A stretch of DNA of 64,000 nt from Callorhinchus milii (Eukaryota), in NCBI RefSeq assembly GCF_018977255.1, contig NW_024704742.1, forward strand, positions 139,130,001 through 139,194,000, in the 5' to 3' direction. A model generated the notes under the pieces. It searched no databases. It was not told the origin of the DNA and worked only from the letters and a program-made list of their open reading frames with translations. A program made the translations under genes and the position numbers. Shown piece after piece: positions 1-12,267 of this stretch. Every line of letters begins with the position of its first letter. The first letter of the stretch is position 1.

Positions 1-695
1 CTGGTCTCTAAAACTTTCCCTATCTTCAGATTTGCCGCTTTTCTGGGCAGTTTTGGCCTTTTCTTTTAATTTGATGCTTTCCCTAACTGCTCTAGTTAGC
101 CACGGATGAATTGCTTTCCCTGTGGTGCTCTTATTCCGTAAGGGAATATGTGACCGCTGAGAATTTTGCACTCCATCCTTAAATATTTGCTACTGTTGGT
201 CTACATTTTTACCTCTTAATCTTATTCTCCAGTCTGTTTTACCTAAATCTTTCCTCATACCTACAGAATTAGCCCTATTTAAATCCAGAATACTTGCCTC
301 GGATTTAACTATATCCCTCTCTAACTTAATGCAGAATTCAATCATATTGTGATCACTCTGCCCTCGAGGATTCTTAATACCTACACTGCCAACTCGCCGT
401 TTCGTTACACAGAACAAGGTCTAGGATGGCCTGTCCCCTGGTCGGTTCCTCGGCAGCTGCTCTAGATAGTTATCTCTCATACACTCAATGAACTCTTCTT
501 CTGACATACTTTTGCCGATTTGGTTTCCCCAATCTGTATGGAGATTGAAATCACCCACTATTATCCTTTACCTTTCCTACACACTCCACTGATTTCCTGA
601 TTGATACCCTGTGCTATATTGTGATCGCCATGTTTGGGGGTCTATAAACCACTCCCATTAATATTTTCTGCCCTCTATTTTTATTTCCACCTATA
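1..695 (-). mobile_element. CR1-clade LINE fragment (ORF2 endonuclease region), degenerate
   Basis: Minus-strand peptides 'GVVYRPPN' and 'GQSDHNMIEF' are typical of the CR1 APE domain; frames are broken. Confidence 0.85.
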
Positions 696-699
696 TGTA

Positions 700-1693
700 T
701 ACCCATAAGGCTGTAAAAAGGGCATATGGGATGCTGGGCTTTATAATAATAATAATAATCCTTGCATTTGATATAGCACTTTTCACGTCGGGAGGACGTC
801 CCAAAGCGCTTCACAGAACACACTGTAAAGTGAATTGACTGCATAATTGTGGGCGAACGCGGCAGCCAATTGCGCACAGCAATGTCACACAAACAGTCGT
901 AGATTGAAAATGACCGATTTAATTATTGGTTTGGGTTTTTGGAGGGATTATTATTAGGCTCTGTGTGGAGTAAGGAAACTTGCCCGAGGTTTCGCCCTCT
1001 GCCTGGAATTGAACGCAGGTCTCTCACTTGCAAAGCGAGTGCTCTAACCACTGAGCTACAGGACTCCACTTTATAAATAGGGGCATAGCGTACAAGAGTC
1101 AGGAGGTGATGATCAACCCATATAAACACTGGTTAGGCCTCAGTTAGAATACTGCCCCAGTTCTGGGCCCCACACTATAGGAAGGACGTTAAGGCATTGG
1201 AAAGGGTACAGAGGAGATTTACGAGGATGGGACCAGGAATGAGGGACCGTGATGATGAGGAAAGGCCGGAGAGGCCGGGATTATTCTCATTGGAACAGAG
1301 AAAGTTACGAGGAGACCTAATAGAGATCTTCAACATCATGAGGGGATTTGATGGGTTAGAGAGGGAAAAATTGTTCCCACTGGTGGGTGTGTCTGTGACT
1401 CGAGGTCACAGATTGAGAATAGTCTCTAAAAGAAGCCGAGGAGAGGTGAGAACAAATTTTTTCATGCAGCGCCTTGTTCGAATCTGGAACATTGCCTGAA
1501 AGGGCGGTGGAGGCCGATTCCATAACTACTTTTAAAAACGCAGTGGACGGGTATTTGAGGAGACGGGTTTGCGGGTTATGGGGAAAGGGCCGGGGAGTGG
1601 GACTGACATCACATTGCTCTATTCAAAGAGCTGCACAGACTCGATGGGCCGAATGGCCTCTTTTTGTTCTGTACAATTCTATGATTTTATGAT
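700..1693 (+). mobile_element. CR1 LINE 3' fragment interrupted by a SINE
   Basis: ORF 1197-1499 '[10 protein letters not shown]...RGDLIEIFNIM...TRGH' is the CR1 ORF2 C-terminus; ends in TTCTATGA-type tail. Confidence 0.9.
743..1069 (-). mobile_element. tRNA-derived SINE (Deu-domain-like core, L2-type 3' tail), full length
   Basis: Head GTGGAGTCCTGTAGCTCAGTGGTTAGAGC with A/B boxes and TGC anticodon; core TTGCTGTGCGCAATTGGCTGCCGCGTT; (ATT)n tail; TTTATAA on both flanks. Confidence 0.9.
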
Positions 1694-2133
1694 TATTATT
1701 ACATGTGCTCAATGACAATAACAACTTGCATTTATAGAGCGCCCCTCATGCAGGGTGACATCAGAGAATGCTCGATAAGAAGTCAAAATTACAGGGATTA
1801 AAATTGGGTCTATGTGCACTGGTGCACATGTTGTAATAATAATGTTGTAATAAATGTTACAATAATAATCCTTGAATCGACCCTGTGTCATCTCGCTTGT
1901 GAAACGAGTGCTCTCACCATTAAGCTACAGGGATCCACAATTATAACCAGGCTGTTCCCCTGGATTAGTGAGAGAGCAACATACAGCCATTAATGTACAA
2001 TTATCACCGGAACAAAATCCTCACACTCAATACAGTACCTTTTACAGCACTTTACCACATTGACTGTAACGATTGGTGATTTGTGTGTTTTGTAGGTGAA
2101 CAAATGACAAGAAACTCCAGCAATTCAGAGAAG

Positions 2134-2139
2134 TTTATT
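2134..2139 (-). terminator. Candidate polyadenylation signal of the GDNF-like gene
   Basis: AATAAA on minus strand ~870 nt after the stop codon, followed by U/GU-rich sequence; ATTTA motifs at ~2528-2572 in the putative 3'UTR. Confidence 0.45.
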
Positions 2140-2629
2140 TTGTAAAACATTGAGATCGTAAAATATACTAATTATAAAAATAAAATGTGTCAAGCACATT
2201 AGTGCAACTGTCAATGAATGAGAGCGGCAAGTGTGAGCAGGGTTGATATTTGGTGTGAGGACAATTGTGATCAGCGAGGACAAGTGTGGGCATCTATGAT
2301 TCTATGATTCTTAGTGTGAGAGTGATAGCCATGAGTTTGAGCAGCGAGTGTGAGCAGCGAGTGTGAGCAGTGATGGCCATGAGTGTGATCAGTGTTGGCC
2401 ATGAGTGTGAGCAGCAAGTGTGAGCTGTGATGGCCATGAGTGTGAGCAGCGAGTGTGCCAGGGTCGTGGTTGCTGGCCAGCACATGGAAGGAAGGATTGT
2501 CTGACTAATATTAACAATGTGAGTTTAATAAATAGATGAAGATTCTCGATATAAACAATATTGAATAAATAAACAATAACTTAAATATTTGGTTCTTACG
2601 TCTGAGGATCAGCTCATTGTCATTTGTCT

Positions 2630-2732
<103 letters not shown>

Positions 2733-3009
2733 GCAGTTCCCCATCTCTGCGACATATCCAATATCTGCTGATCCACTGTCAATTTNAAAAAAACTCTGTA
2801 CAGTAAACTCCAACCTTTGACAGAACCTCACAACCACAATGTCACTGTAAAGAAGCGATGTGCCGGCCTGAGGTCACAGGTCCCTGGTCTGAGCTCCCGG
2901 CTTAGATCCCCAGAACCTCACTCAGCCAGGAACAGACAAGACTGGAGAGGTCAGTCAGTGTCACCAGCCCAGTGTCTGTGCCTCTCTCACTCACTACAGC
3001 AGTGAAAGG

Positions 3010-3488
3010 TTAAACACAGCCACACTTTTTGGCAGAATAGCGCTGCAGTGTCTGATAGGCCATGTGACTGTCCAGGAACGAGAGGTTGTCCTCAAATGCT
3101 GTTGGCCGGCAGCACATTCGTGGCTGCACATTGTCCTGTCCCAGTTTCTTGTTCTTGGTCAGATTTTTTAGGATTAAGTCATATGTGGTCTCAGCCACTT
3201 CGCAGGAGCCGCTGCAGTACTTGAACATCAGCTCTTCTTGTGTGTCATAGCCCAGCTCCAGGTCAGTGATGTTTAAGTGAATCTCCTTCAGCACACAGCC
3301 CTTGTTCCTCCGTCTCCTCCTCCGGACAGCCTTACCTCGCTTATCTGCACGAATGCTGCCTCTTTTATGCTCCCGTTTAGTCCAGCTTTGAGGCACATGA
3401 TCCAACGATCTTTTTTGCCGCTTGAGTTGGTCCTCAATAAACTGCAGCACAGCCCAATGCTGCTGCTGTGGAACCACAGACATGGGAT
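3010..3488 (-). CDS. GDNF: GDNF-like neurotrophic factor, last coding exon (pro-domain end, furin site, mature cystine-knot domain)
   Basis: KRQKR|S cleavage site; 'GCVLKEIHLNITDL..GY..EELMFKYCSGSC..AETTYDLILKNL...CCRP.AF..NLSFLD...SAKKCGCV*' with the 7-Cys GFL pattern; acceptor tctcttgtctctgtgcag|AT at 3489-3490; TAA at 3010-3012. Confidence 0.93.
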
Positions 3489-3597
3489 CTGCACAGAGAC
3501 AAGAGATTTGAACATAACTGTCCCAAATTCCCCAAAACAGCACATCATCACAGGCCATTCAACCCTTGCCTATTGTATCATGTAATGTACCTATGTT

Positions 3598-3995
3598 TCC
3601 TGAGTCAGGCAGGTCTGAAGTATTCCGTGGGACTGCTGATGACAACACAGCTAACGTGGTTCATCGGTAGGACCGGAAGGGCAGACTGGGGCATGGAATC
3701 CACTCACTCAGTTCCTGTTAACCCTGCAACCAAAGCCCTAATGGGTAGGGTGGTCCTAGCTAGGCAAGCAGCGGGAAAGTTTGCCAGACAGTGATATCCA
3801 TGGAAAACTATGAGGTTTTATCTGGTTAGAATCAAGCAGTTACCCCAACGCAGAATCTGGACTTCCCCAAGCCTCGGCCCTTCCCAACTTATGCCTAATA
3901 CACTCCGGAACTAGGTAAGCAGGGTTAGGGTTAGGGTTAGGGTGGGTTAGGGTTAGGGTTAGGGTTAGGGTTAGGGTTAGGTGCGTACTTTCAGG
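3598..3995 (+). mobile_element. Unclassified interspersed repeat, copy 1 (contains the telomeric insertion)
   Basis: Shares CCCTAATGGGTAGGGTGGTCCTAGCT and TAGGTAAGCAGG with 56528-57330, and TTGCCAGACAGTGATATC with 51770-51949 (minus). Confidence 0.7.
3921..3981 (+). repeat. Short interstitial telomeric sequence, ~10 TTAGGG units
   Basis: 8 perfect TTAGGG units, one TGGG variant and partial ends. Confidence 0.95.
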
Positions 3996-4756
3996 GAGAG
4001 AAACAGAGAGAGAAAAAGAGAGAAAGAAAGTGAGAGAGCACATACCACACCACATGGACATTTGCATGGAGAGATATTTCAGGAAAATCCATCTGCTTGG
4101 GATTCTCTCAGCACAGTAATGGGTTTCCTGTGCCAGAAAGCCGGCTGCCCTCCCAATGACCTACACACTGTAACCGTAACCTACACACTGTAATTCTTAA
4201 CCATAATTTACACCCTGTAACCCTAACTCTAACCAACATACTGTATCCTTAACCTTACATCCTGTAACTCTAACCTGAACTACACACTGTAACTTTAACC
4301 TATGCACTGTAACCCTAACTCTTAAGCTACACACTGTAACCTTAAACCAAACCTATACAGTGTGACCCTAACCATAACCTACACACTGTAACCCTTAGCC
4401 TAACCCACACTGCAACCATAAGACTAAGCTACACACTGTAATACTAACCTGCATACTGTGACCTTTACCAACACACTACAACCTTAACTTGCACATTGTA
4501 ACGCTAACTCTAATCTACACACTGCAACTCTAACCATAACCTGCACACTGTAATGTTAACCTACACGCTGTAATCCTAACATACACACTGTAACCCTAAC
4601 CCAAATTTTCAAAATGTAAACCTAAACAACACACTGCAACCATAACACTAAGCTACACACTGTAACCCGAACATACACACAGTAACCCTAACCCTAACTT
4701 ACACACTGCAACCCTAACCCTAACCTATAAACTGTAACACAAACCCTAACATATAC

Positions 4757-5882
4757 AATAACAACAACAAGATTACATTTGCATAGTGTCTTTCACGTCG
4801 AGAGGACGTCTCAAGGTGCTGGACAGAGTACAGCATTTCAGACCCGAGTTGGGGTTGGGGGAGAAGGGAGGTGGCTGATGGCATGGTCGAAGAGGAGGGT
4901 TTTGAGGCGGGACTTGAAGGAGGCTAAGGAGGGGGCGAGGCACAGTGAGTGGGGGATGGAATGCCGGAGGTTGAGGGCAGAGTGGCTCTCCCGCCAATGG
5001 TGGGGCGGGTGGGTCGGGGAGTGAAGCAGGCCGGAGCCGGCTGAGCGGAGGGAACGGGCGGGTTAGTAGGGATTCAGGAGGTCGCAGAGATAGGGTGGGG
5101 TGAGGCCATGGAGGGCTTTGTAGGTGAGGACCAGGATCTTGAACTGGATCCTCTGAAGGATAGGGAGCCAGTGGAGTTGGGCGAGAGTGGGGGAGATGGG
5201 GTCACGGAGTTTGGTTCGGGAGAGGACACGGCTGCAGAGTTAGTTCTGGATTATCTGCAGCTGTGGAGGGAGGAGTTGGGAAGGCCGACAAGCACGGTGT
5301 TTGCATAGTCGAGCCTGGAGGTGATGAAGGCATGAACAAGAGTTTCAGCGCCTGAGGGGTGAGGTAGTGGCAGAGTCGGGCGATGTTATGGAGGAGAGGG
5401 AAGGCAGATCTGGTCATGGCTTGAATGTGGGGGAGAAAAGATAGTTGAGGGTCGAACAAGACACCTAGGTTTCTGACTGGCTATCCCCCTACTTACCTGC
5501 CCGTACCCTCCGTTCCTCTGGCTCCGGTCTGCTCCACATCTCCCGCCCTAACCGCCCTACCATCGGTGGCGGGGCCTTCAGCCCCGAGGCTCTGGAGCTC
5601 CATCCCCCAGTGCCTTCGCCGCCTCCTCCCTTTCCTCCTTCAAGGCCGGTCTCAAGACCTTTCTCTTCAACTGTGCCTTCACCTACCCTCTCGACTCTCT
5701 ACCCCCTCCTCACTCCCTCCTTTCCCTCCCCTCACCCTGACCATTTCCCCCCAATGCTCGGGTCCCGAGCCAACTGTCCAGCGCCTTGGGACGTCCTCCC
5801 AACGTGAAAGGCGCTCTATAAATGGAATCTTGTTGTTGTTGTTGTTGTCGTTGTTGAGTTGTACTGTGCAACCATGGAGGTT
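4757..5882 (-). mobile_element. L2 LINE 3' fragment with a nested opposite-strand L2
   Basis: (CAA)n tail; '[19 protein letters not shown]' peptide; resumes at ~5857-5882 after the insert. Confidence 0.85.
5481..5856 (+). mobile_element. L2 LINE 3' end (young subfamily 'B')
   Basis: Tail GCGCCTTGGGACGTCCTCCCAACGTGAAAGGCGCTCTATAAATGGAATC(TTG)n. Confidence 0.9.
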
Positions 5883-6021
5883 GTAACACTGTAACCAGAA
5901 CCCTAACCTACACACTGTAACTTTAACCTATGTACTGTAACCCTAACCACAACTTACACACTGTAACACTAACCTTAATACTGTAACTCTAACCCTAACC
6001 ATAACCTGCACAGAGTAACAC

Positions 6022-6752
6022 TACAACAACAACTTAGATTTATATAGCACCCTCCACACCGGATAGCATCTCAGAGCTTCACAGTAACGGATCCCAGGAC
6101 CGAGCCAAGGGGAGGAGGGTCCAGGGGGAGGAGCCATGGGAGGGGGAGGGGCCAGGGGGAGGGGGAGTGGCCAGGGGGAGGGGAGGAGCCATGGGGAGGA
6201 GCCAGGGGGAGGAGGAGGAGCCAAGGGGAGGAGGAGGAGCCAGGGGAGGGGAGGAGCCACAGGGAGGAGCCAGGGGGAGGGGGAGGAAGGTGACCAAAGG
6301 CTCGATCGAAAAGCCTCGGGGCGCAGTGGCTGAAGGCACGGCTGCCGAGGGTAGAGTGGAGGACTCGGGGGTTGGGGAGGAGGCCAGACCTGGAGGAATG
6401 AAGGCAACGGGTGCTGTGTTGAGGAGAGAGGAGGTCAGGGAGGTGGGGTGGGTGGGGGGGGGGCGGTGGCAGAGGAATGCATGGACTTGCATATAAGGGT
6501 AAGGGTCTTGCAATCGATCCTCTCTGGGAAAGGCAACCAGTGAAGTCTGGCAAGGACTGGGGTGATCGGGGAATGGGGTTTGGGGTGGGTGAGAATGTGG
6601 GCGGCAGAGTTCTGGATGAGTTGGATTTTATGGATGGTCGTGGAGGGGAGACCGGGGAGGAGGGCATTAGAGTAGTCCAGCCGAGAGGTGACAAAGGCCT
6701 GGACCAGGGTTTCAGTGGCTTTTGGGGAGAGGTATTGGCGGAGACGGGTGAA
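6022..6752 (-). mobile_element. L2 LINE 3' fragment (subfamily 'C')
   Basis: 'SRLDYSNALL...IQNSAAHIL...LHWLP' L2 ORF2 C-terminal motif; (CAA)n tail. Confidence 0.9.
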
Positions 6753-7464
6753 CACTAGTGGTGAACACTAACCAACAGACTGTAACCCTAACCTATACAC
6801 TGCAATCTTAACCCTAACTACATACAGTAACCCAAACCTACGCACTGTAACCCAAACCCTAACCTACATTCTGTAAAACTAATGTACATACTACAACACT
6901 AACCTACACACTGTAACACTGACCTACACACTCTAACCCTAACCCATATACTGTAAATCTAACCATAACCTACACACTGCAACATTAACCTATCCACTGT
7001 AACCCTAAGCTTCACAACGCAACCTTAACCTACACACTGCAACCATAACAATAAGCTACACTGTAACCCTAACCACAACCTACACCTTGTAACGTTAACC
7101 TACAAACTGTAACCCTAAGTTTCACAATGCAACCTTAACCTACATACTGCTACCATAACACTAAGCTACACACTGTAACCCTAACCAACACACTGTAACC
7201 CAAAAGTTAACCTACACACTATAACCCTAATCCTTATCTACACACTGTAAACCTAACCTACAAGCTGTAACACTAGCCTACGCACTGTAACCCGATCCCT
7301 AAACATACACACTGTAACCTTAATCCTTACCTACATTACAACCATAACGTGCATACTGTAACCCAAACCAACACACTAACCCTAACCTGCATATAACCAT
7401 AACATACACACTGTAACTCGAACCATAACCTACACACTTAACCTACACACTGTAGGTTATGGTG

Positions 7465-8404
7465 TGCTCCCCGTCCCCTGACCCACCCGCCCCATCGTTA
7501 GCAGGAGAGCCTTAAGAACATAAAAACATAAGAATTAGAAGCAGGAGTAGGCCATTCAGCCCCTCGACCCTGTGCCCCGCCATTTTATAAGATCATGGCT
7601 GATCTTCAGACCTAACTCTAATTACCTGCCCTCTCCTCATATCCGTAAAGCCCTCTATTTTTAAAAATCTATCAGTCTCAGCCGTGAAGATGTTCGAGGA
7701 CTGACATCTACAGCCTTCGGGGGAGTGGATTCCATAAAGTCACTGCCCTCTGAGTGAAGAAATGTTTCCTCAACTCTGTTCTAAAAGGCTGACCCTTAAT
7801 TTTCAGACTGTGACCCGGTTATAGATTCTCCTCCCGGGGAAACAGACCCTCAGTGTCTACTTTATCAGCCCTTTAAGAATCTTATATGTTTCAATAAGAT
7901 TCCCCCTAATTCTTCAGTACTCTGGAGAATACAGCCCTATCCTCATAGGTCAGTCCCCTCATCCCAGGCACTAACCGAGTGAATCTACGCTGCACCCCCT
8001 CGAGGGCAAGTGTGTCCTTTTTTAAATAAGGAGATCAAAACTGCACACAATACTCTCGGTGCGGTCTCACTAAGGCCCTGTACTGTTGCAGCAAGACTTC
8101 CCTACTCTTATACTCTAAACCTTTTGCAATAAACACTAACATGCCGATCGACTTCAGCAACTCTGCCCCCAACCTCTGGAATTCCATCCCCCAGACACTC
8201 CGCCCCGCCCCCTCCTTAGCCTCCTTCAAGTCCTGCCTCAAGACCCTCCTCTTCAACCATGCCATCGGCCACCCCCCTTCCCCTCCCCTCCCTTCTCCCC
8301 CGAACCCCAGCGCGAGTCTGAAATGCTGTACTCTGTCCAGCGCCTTGGGACATTCTCCAGAATGAAAGATGCTATACAAATGTAATCTTGTTGTTGTTGT
8401 TGTT
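7465..8404 (+). mobile_element. L2 3' end split by a CR1 insertion
   Basis: 'SAPNLWNSIP...FKSCLKT' and (TTG)n tail; 5' piece 7465-7511 is contiguous with 8152 onward. Confidence 0.8.
7512..8150 (-). mobile_element. CR1 LINE 3' fragment
   Basis: '[26 protein letters not shown]'; CATAAGAA-type tail; very similar to 19476-20080. Confidence 0.9.
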
Positions 8405-8682
8405 GTAACCCTAAGTTTCATAACGCAAACTTAACCTACACACTGCAACCATAACACTAAGCTGCACACTGTAACCCTATCCTACACACTGTAACCCAGA
8501 GGTTAACGTACACACTGTAACCCTAACCCGAAACCTGCACACTATAACCTTAAACCTTACCGATACAGTGTAACCCTAACTATAACCTACACACAGTCAC
8601 CCTAACCTGCACACTGTAACTCTAACCCTAACCTACACACTGTAACACTAACCTACACACGGTAACCTAACCTATACACACT

Positions 8683-9173
8683 GTTGATTTCAAGATCCTC
8701 ATCCTCACCTACAAGGCCATTCACGGCCTTGCTCCCTCCTACCTCTCCAACCTACTATCCCCCTACCTACCTGCCCGTACCCTCCGTTCCTCTGGCTCCG
8801 GTCTGCTCCACGTCCCCCGCCCCAACCGCCCTACCATCGGTGGTCGGGCCTTCAACCTCTCAGCCCCCAGGCTCTGGAACTCCATCCCCCAGTGCCTTCG
8901 CCGCTTCCTCCCTTTCCTCCTTCAAGGCCGGTCTCAAAACCTTTCTCTTTGACCATGCCTTCAGCTCCCCTCTCAACTCTCTTCCCCTCCTCGCTCCCTC
9001 CCTTCCCTCCCTCACCCTGACCATTTACCCCCTCCTCGCTCCCTCCCTTCCCTCCCCTCACCCTGACCATTTCCCCACTGCTCGGGTCATGACCCAACTG
9101 TGCAGCACCTTGGGACGTCCTCCTGACGTGAAAGGCGCTTTATAAATGGAATCTTGTTGTTGTTGTTGTTGTT
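8683..9173 (+). mobile_element. L2 3' fragment (subfamily B)
   Basis: Same tail as 5481-5856; 'SFKAGLKTFLF'. Confidence 0.9.
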
Positions 9174-9577
9174 GTAACCCTAACCTACACACTGTAATCC
9201 TAACCTATACACATTAACCCTAAACTACACACTGTAACCGTAACCATAACCTACACACTGTAACACTAATCCTAACCTACACACTGTAACCATAACCTAC
9301 ACACTGTAACACTAACCTTCACACTGTAACCCTAACCCTAACCTACACAGGGTAACACTAACCTACAGACTGTACCCCTAATCCTAACCTATACATTGTG
9401 ACCTTAACCCTAACTACACACTGTAACCCAAACCATAACCTACACACTGTAACACAAACGTACATACTGTTACACTAACCTACAAGGTGTAACGCTAACC
9501 TACACACTGTAACCCAATCCTAAACACTGTAACACAGACCTGTACACTGCAACACTAATCTATACACTGCAACCCCA

Positions 9578-10985
9578 ACAACAACAGAATTACATTGATA
9601 GAACGCCTTTCATGTTAGGAGGACGCCCCAAAGCGCTGAACAGTCAGCTGTCGGGGCCTGAGCATGGGGGACGGGGGACGGGGGGGGGGAGGGAAGGCAG
9701 AGGGGTGGGAGACCAAAGGCACGGTCGAAGAGAAGGATCTTGAGACCAGCCTTGAAGGAGGCAAGGGAGGAAACGAGGTGAAGGCACCGTGGAATGGAGT
9801 TCCAGAGTGTGGGGGCAGAGAGGCTGAAATCCCGGCCACCAATGGCAGGGCGGGTTGGACGGGAGACATGGAGCAGCCGGAGCTTGATGAACGGAGGGAG
9901 TGGGCAGGTTGGTAGGGAGTCAGCAGGTCAGGGAAGTAGGAGGGGTTAAGGCCATGGAAGGCCTTAAAGGTAAGGATGAGGATCTTGAACTCGATCCTCT
10001 GGGGAATGGGGAGCCAGTGAAGTCAGGTGAGGGTGGGAGTGATGAGGTCGGGCGAGGGTGGGAGTGATGGGGTCGCGCAGCATGGTGCGTGAGAGTACAT
10101 GAGCTGCAGAGTTTTGGATGATCTGCAGATTGTGAAGGGAAGCGTTCGGAAGGATGATGAGGAGGGAGTTCCTGTAATCGAGCCTTGAGTTGACGAATGC
10201 GAGGGTGAGGGTTTGGGGGTCTGAGGGGTGAGGCAGTGAAGGAGTTTGGCAATGTTGCAGAGGTCATGGTAGGCAGTGCCGGTCATGGCGCGGATGTGGG
10301 GGAGAAAGGACAGTTCAGAGTCAAAATAAGACCCCCAGGTTCCTGACTGGCTTAATGAGGTTGAGTGTGCAGCTATGGAGGCTGATGCTGCCAGCGCCCG
10401 AGGTGAGGAGGCGTTGGCGCGAGCCAATCAGGGGGGCCTCGGTCTTGCTGACATTGAGTTGGAGAAAGTTGTCCCTCATCCAGGACTTGATGTGGGACAG
10501 GCAGTCGGTCAGGATGCCAGTGGTCCTGGAGTTCAGGGGGGAGGCAGAGAGGAAGAGTTGGGTATTATCTGCATACATGTGGAAGTTTGCACCATGTCTG
10601 CAGATGACGTCACCAAGGGGGAGCATGTAGAGAGTGAAGAGGAGGGGACTGATGACAGAGCCCTGAGTAACATTGCACAAGACAGTGTGGGGGCTGGAGG
10701 CGAAGCCATTTGCAGAGACGAAGTGGAGGTGGTGTGAAAGGTAGGACCTGAACCAGTCAATGACAGCACCTTGAAGGTTGAGGTGGAAGGAGAGGCGGTG
10801 GAGGAGGATTGAGTGGTCCACGATGTCAAAGGCGGCAGAGAGGTTGAGGAAGACGAGGAGGCAGAGGGAGCCCTGGTCACACATGGTCAGGATGTCGTTT
10901 GTGAACTTGACCAGAGCAGATCTGATTGGAGGGGTTCATGGAGGGAGTGAGAGGAGAGGAAAGAGCGAAGCTGGGAGGCAATATC
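9578..10985 (-). mobile_element. L2 LINE fragment incl. RT C-terminal half
   Basis: ORF 10321-10884 'LSAAFDIVDH...QGSVISPLLF..Y...YADNTQL'; (CAA)n tail. Confidence 0.9.
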
Positions 10986-11213
10986 TCTCTCAAGGACCTA
11001 CAACCTATAAATTTACAAAATGTAATCCTAACCTACACAATCTAACACAAACCCTAACCTAAACATTGTAATACTAAGCTACACGCTGTAAGATTAACCA
11101 ACACACTGTAACCCAAACCCTAATCTAAAGATTGTCACACGAACATTCACACTGGACCTCTAACCAACACACTGTAACCCGAACCATAACCTACACACTG
11201 TAATGCTAACCCT

Positions 11214-11521
11214 ACAACAACAACAACAACAACAAGATTCCATTTATAAAGCGCCTTTCACGTCAGGAGGACGTCCCAAGGCGCTGCACAGTTGGGTCAT
11301 GACCCGAGCAGGGGGGAAATGGTCAGGGTGAGGGGAGGGAAGGGAGGGAGCGAGGAGGGGGAAATGGTCAGGGTGAGCGGAGGGAAGGGAGGGAGCGAGC
11401 AGGGGGAAATGGTCAGGGTGAGGGGAGGGAAGGGAGGGAGCGAGGAGCGGGGAAATGGTCAGGGTGAGGGGAGGGAAGGGAGGGAGCGAGGAGCGGGGAA
11501 GAGAGTCGAGAGGGGAGCTGA
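11214..11521 (-). mobile_element. L2 subfamily B 3' tail with internal ~39-bp unit repeated 4 times
   Basis: GGGGAAATGGTCAGGGTGAGGGGAGGGAAGGGAGGGAGCGAGG x4; (CAA)n tail. Confidence 0.88.
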
Positions 11522-11759
11522 ATCCTAACGTGTATACTGTACCCAAACCCTAATCTAATTTACACACTGTAACCCTAACCCTAATTTCACAATGTAACCC
11601 TAATTTACACACTGCAACCATAACGCTAACCTGCATACTATAACCCTAGCATGCACTCTGTAACCCTAACCCTAACATACGCACTGTAACCATAATCAAA
11701 ACACCCTAACCCTAACCATAATCTACACACTGTAACATTAACCATAACCTACACACTGT

Positions 11760-12051
11760 AACAATAACAACAACAAGATTACATTTGTATAGCACCTTTC
11801 ACGTCGGGAGGACGTCCCAAGGCACTGGACAGTGACAGCATTTCAGACCCGAGCTGGGGTCAGGGGAGGAGAAGGGAGGGAAGGGGAAGGGGGGTAGCCG
11901 ATTGCATTGTCAAAGAGGAGGGTCTTGAGGCGGGACTTGAAGGAGGCTAAGGAGGGGGCGAGACGGAGTGATTGGGGGATGGAATTCGAGAGGTTGTGGG
12001 CAGTGTGGCTGAAGGCTCTCCCGCCAATGGTGGGGCGGGTGGGTCGGGAGA
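11760..12051 (-). mobile_element. L2 3' tail fragment
   Basis: Homologous to 4757-5020. Confidence 0.85.
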
Positions 12052-12267
12052 CGTAACCTACACACTGTAACGTAATCTACACACTGTAACCCTAACCCTA
12101 AGCTAAACATTGTAACACTAACCTGAACACAGTAACACTAACCTACACACTGCAACCCTAACCTGCATGCTGCAACCCAAACCCTAACCTAAACATTGCA
12201 ACACTAACCTACACACTGCAAACCTAACCAACACACTCGGTGAATCTTACCTACGCACTGTAACCCT

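Noticed and set aside
3489..3558. N-terminal part of ORF 3010-3558 (MACDDVLFWG...)
   Set aside because: Lies upstream of a clear splice acceptor and has no signal peptide; it is intronic read-through
3635..3665. CTGATGA as a second hammerhead core
   Set aside because: No stem II followed by GAAA at a suitable distance
3921..4400. Head-to-head TTAGGG / CCCTAA-like arrangement as a chromosome end-to-end fusion site
   Set aside because: An in-frame gene spans the site, the TTAGGG tract is a short insertion into a repeat with visible empty-site paralogues, and the C-rich side is a 20-bp satellite rather than true telomere
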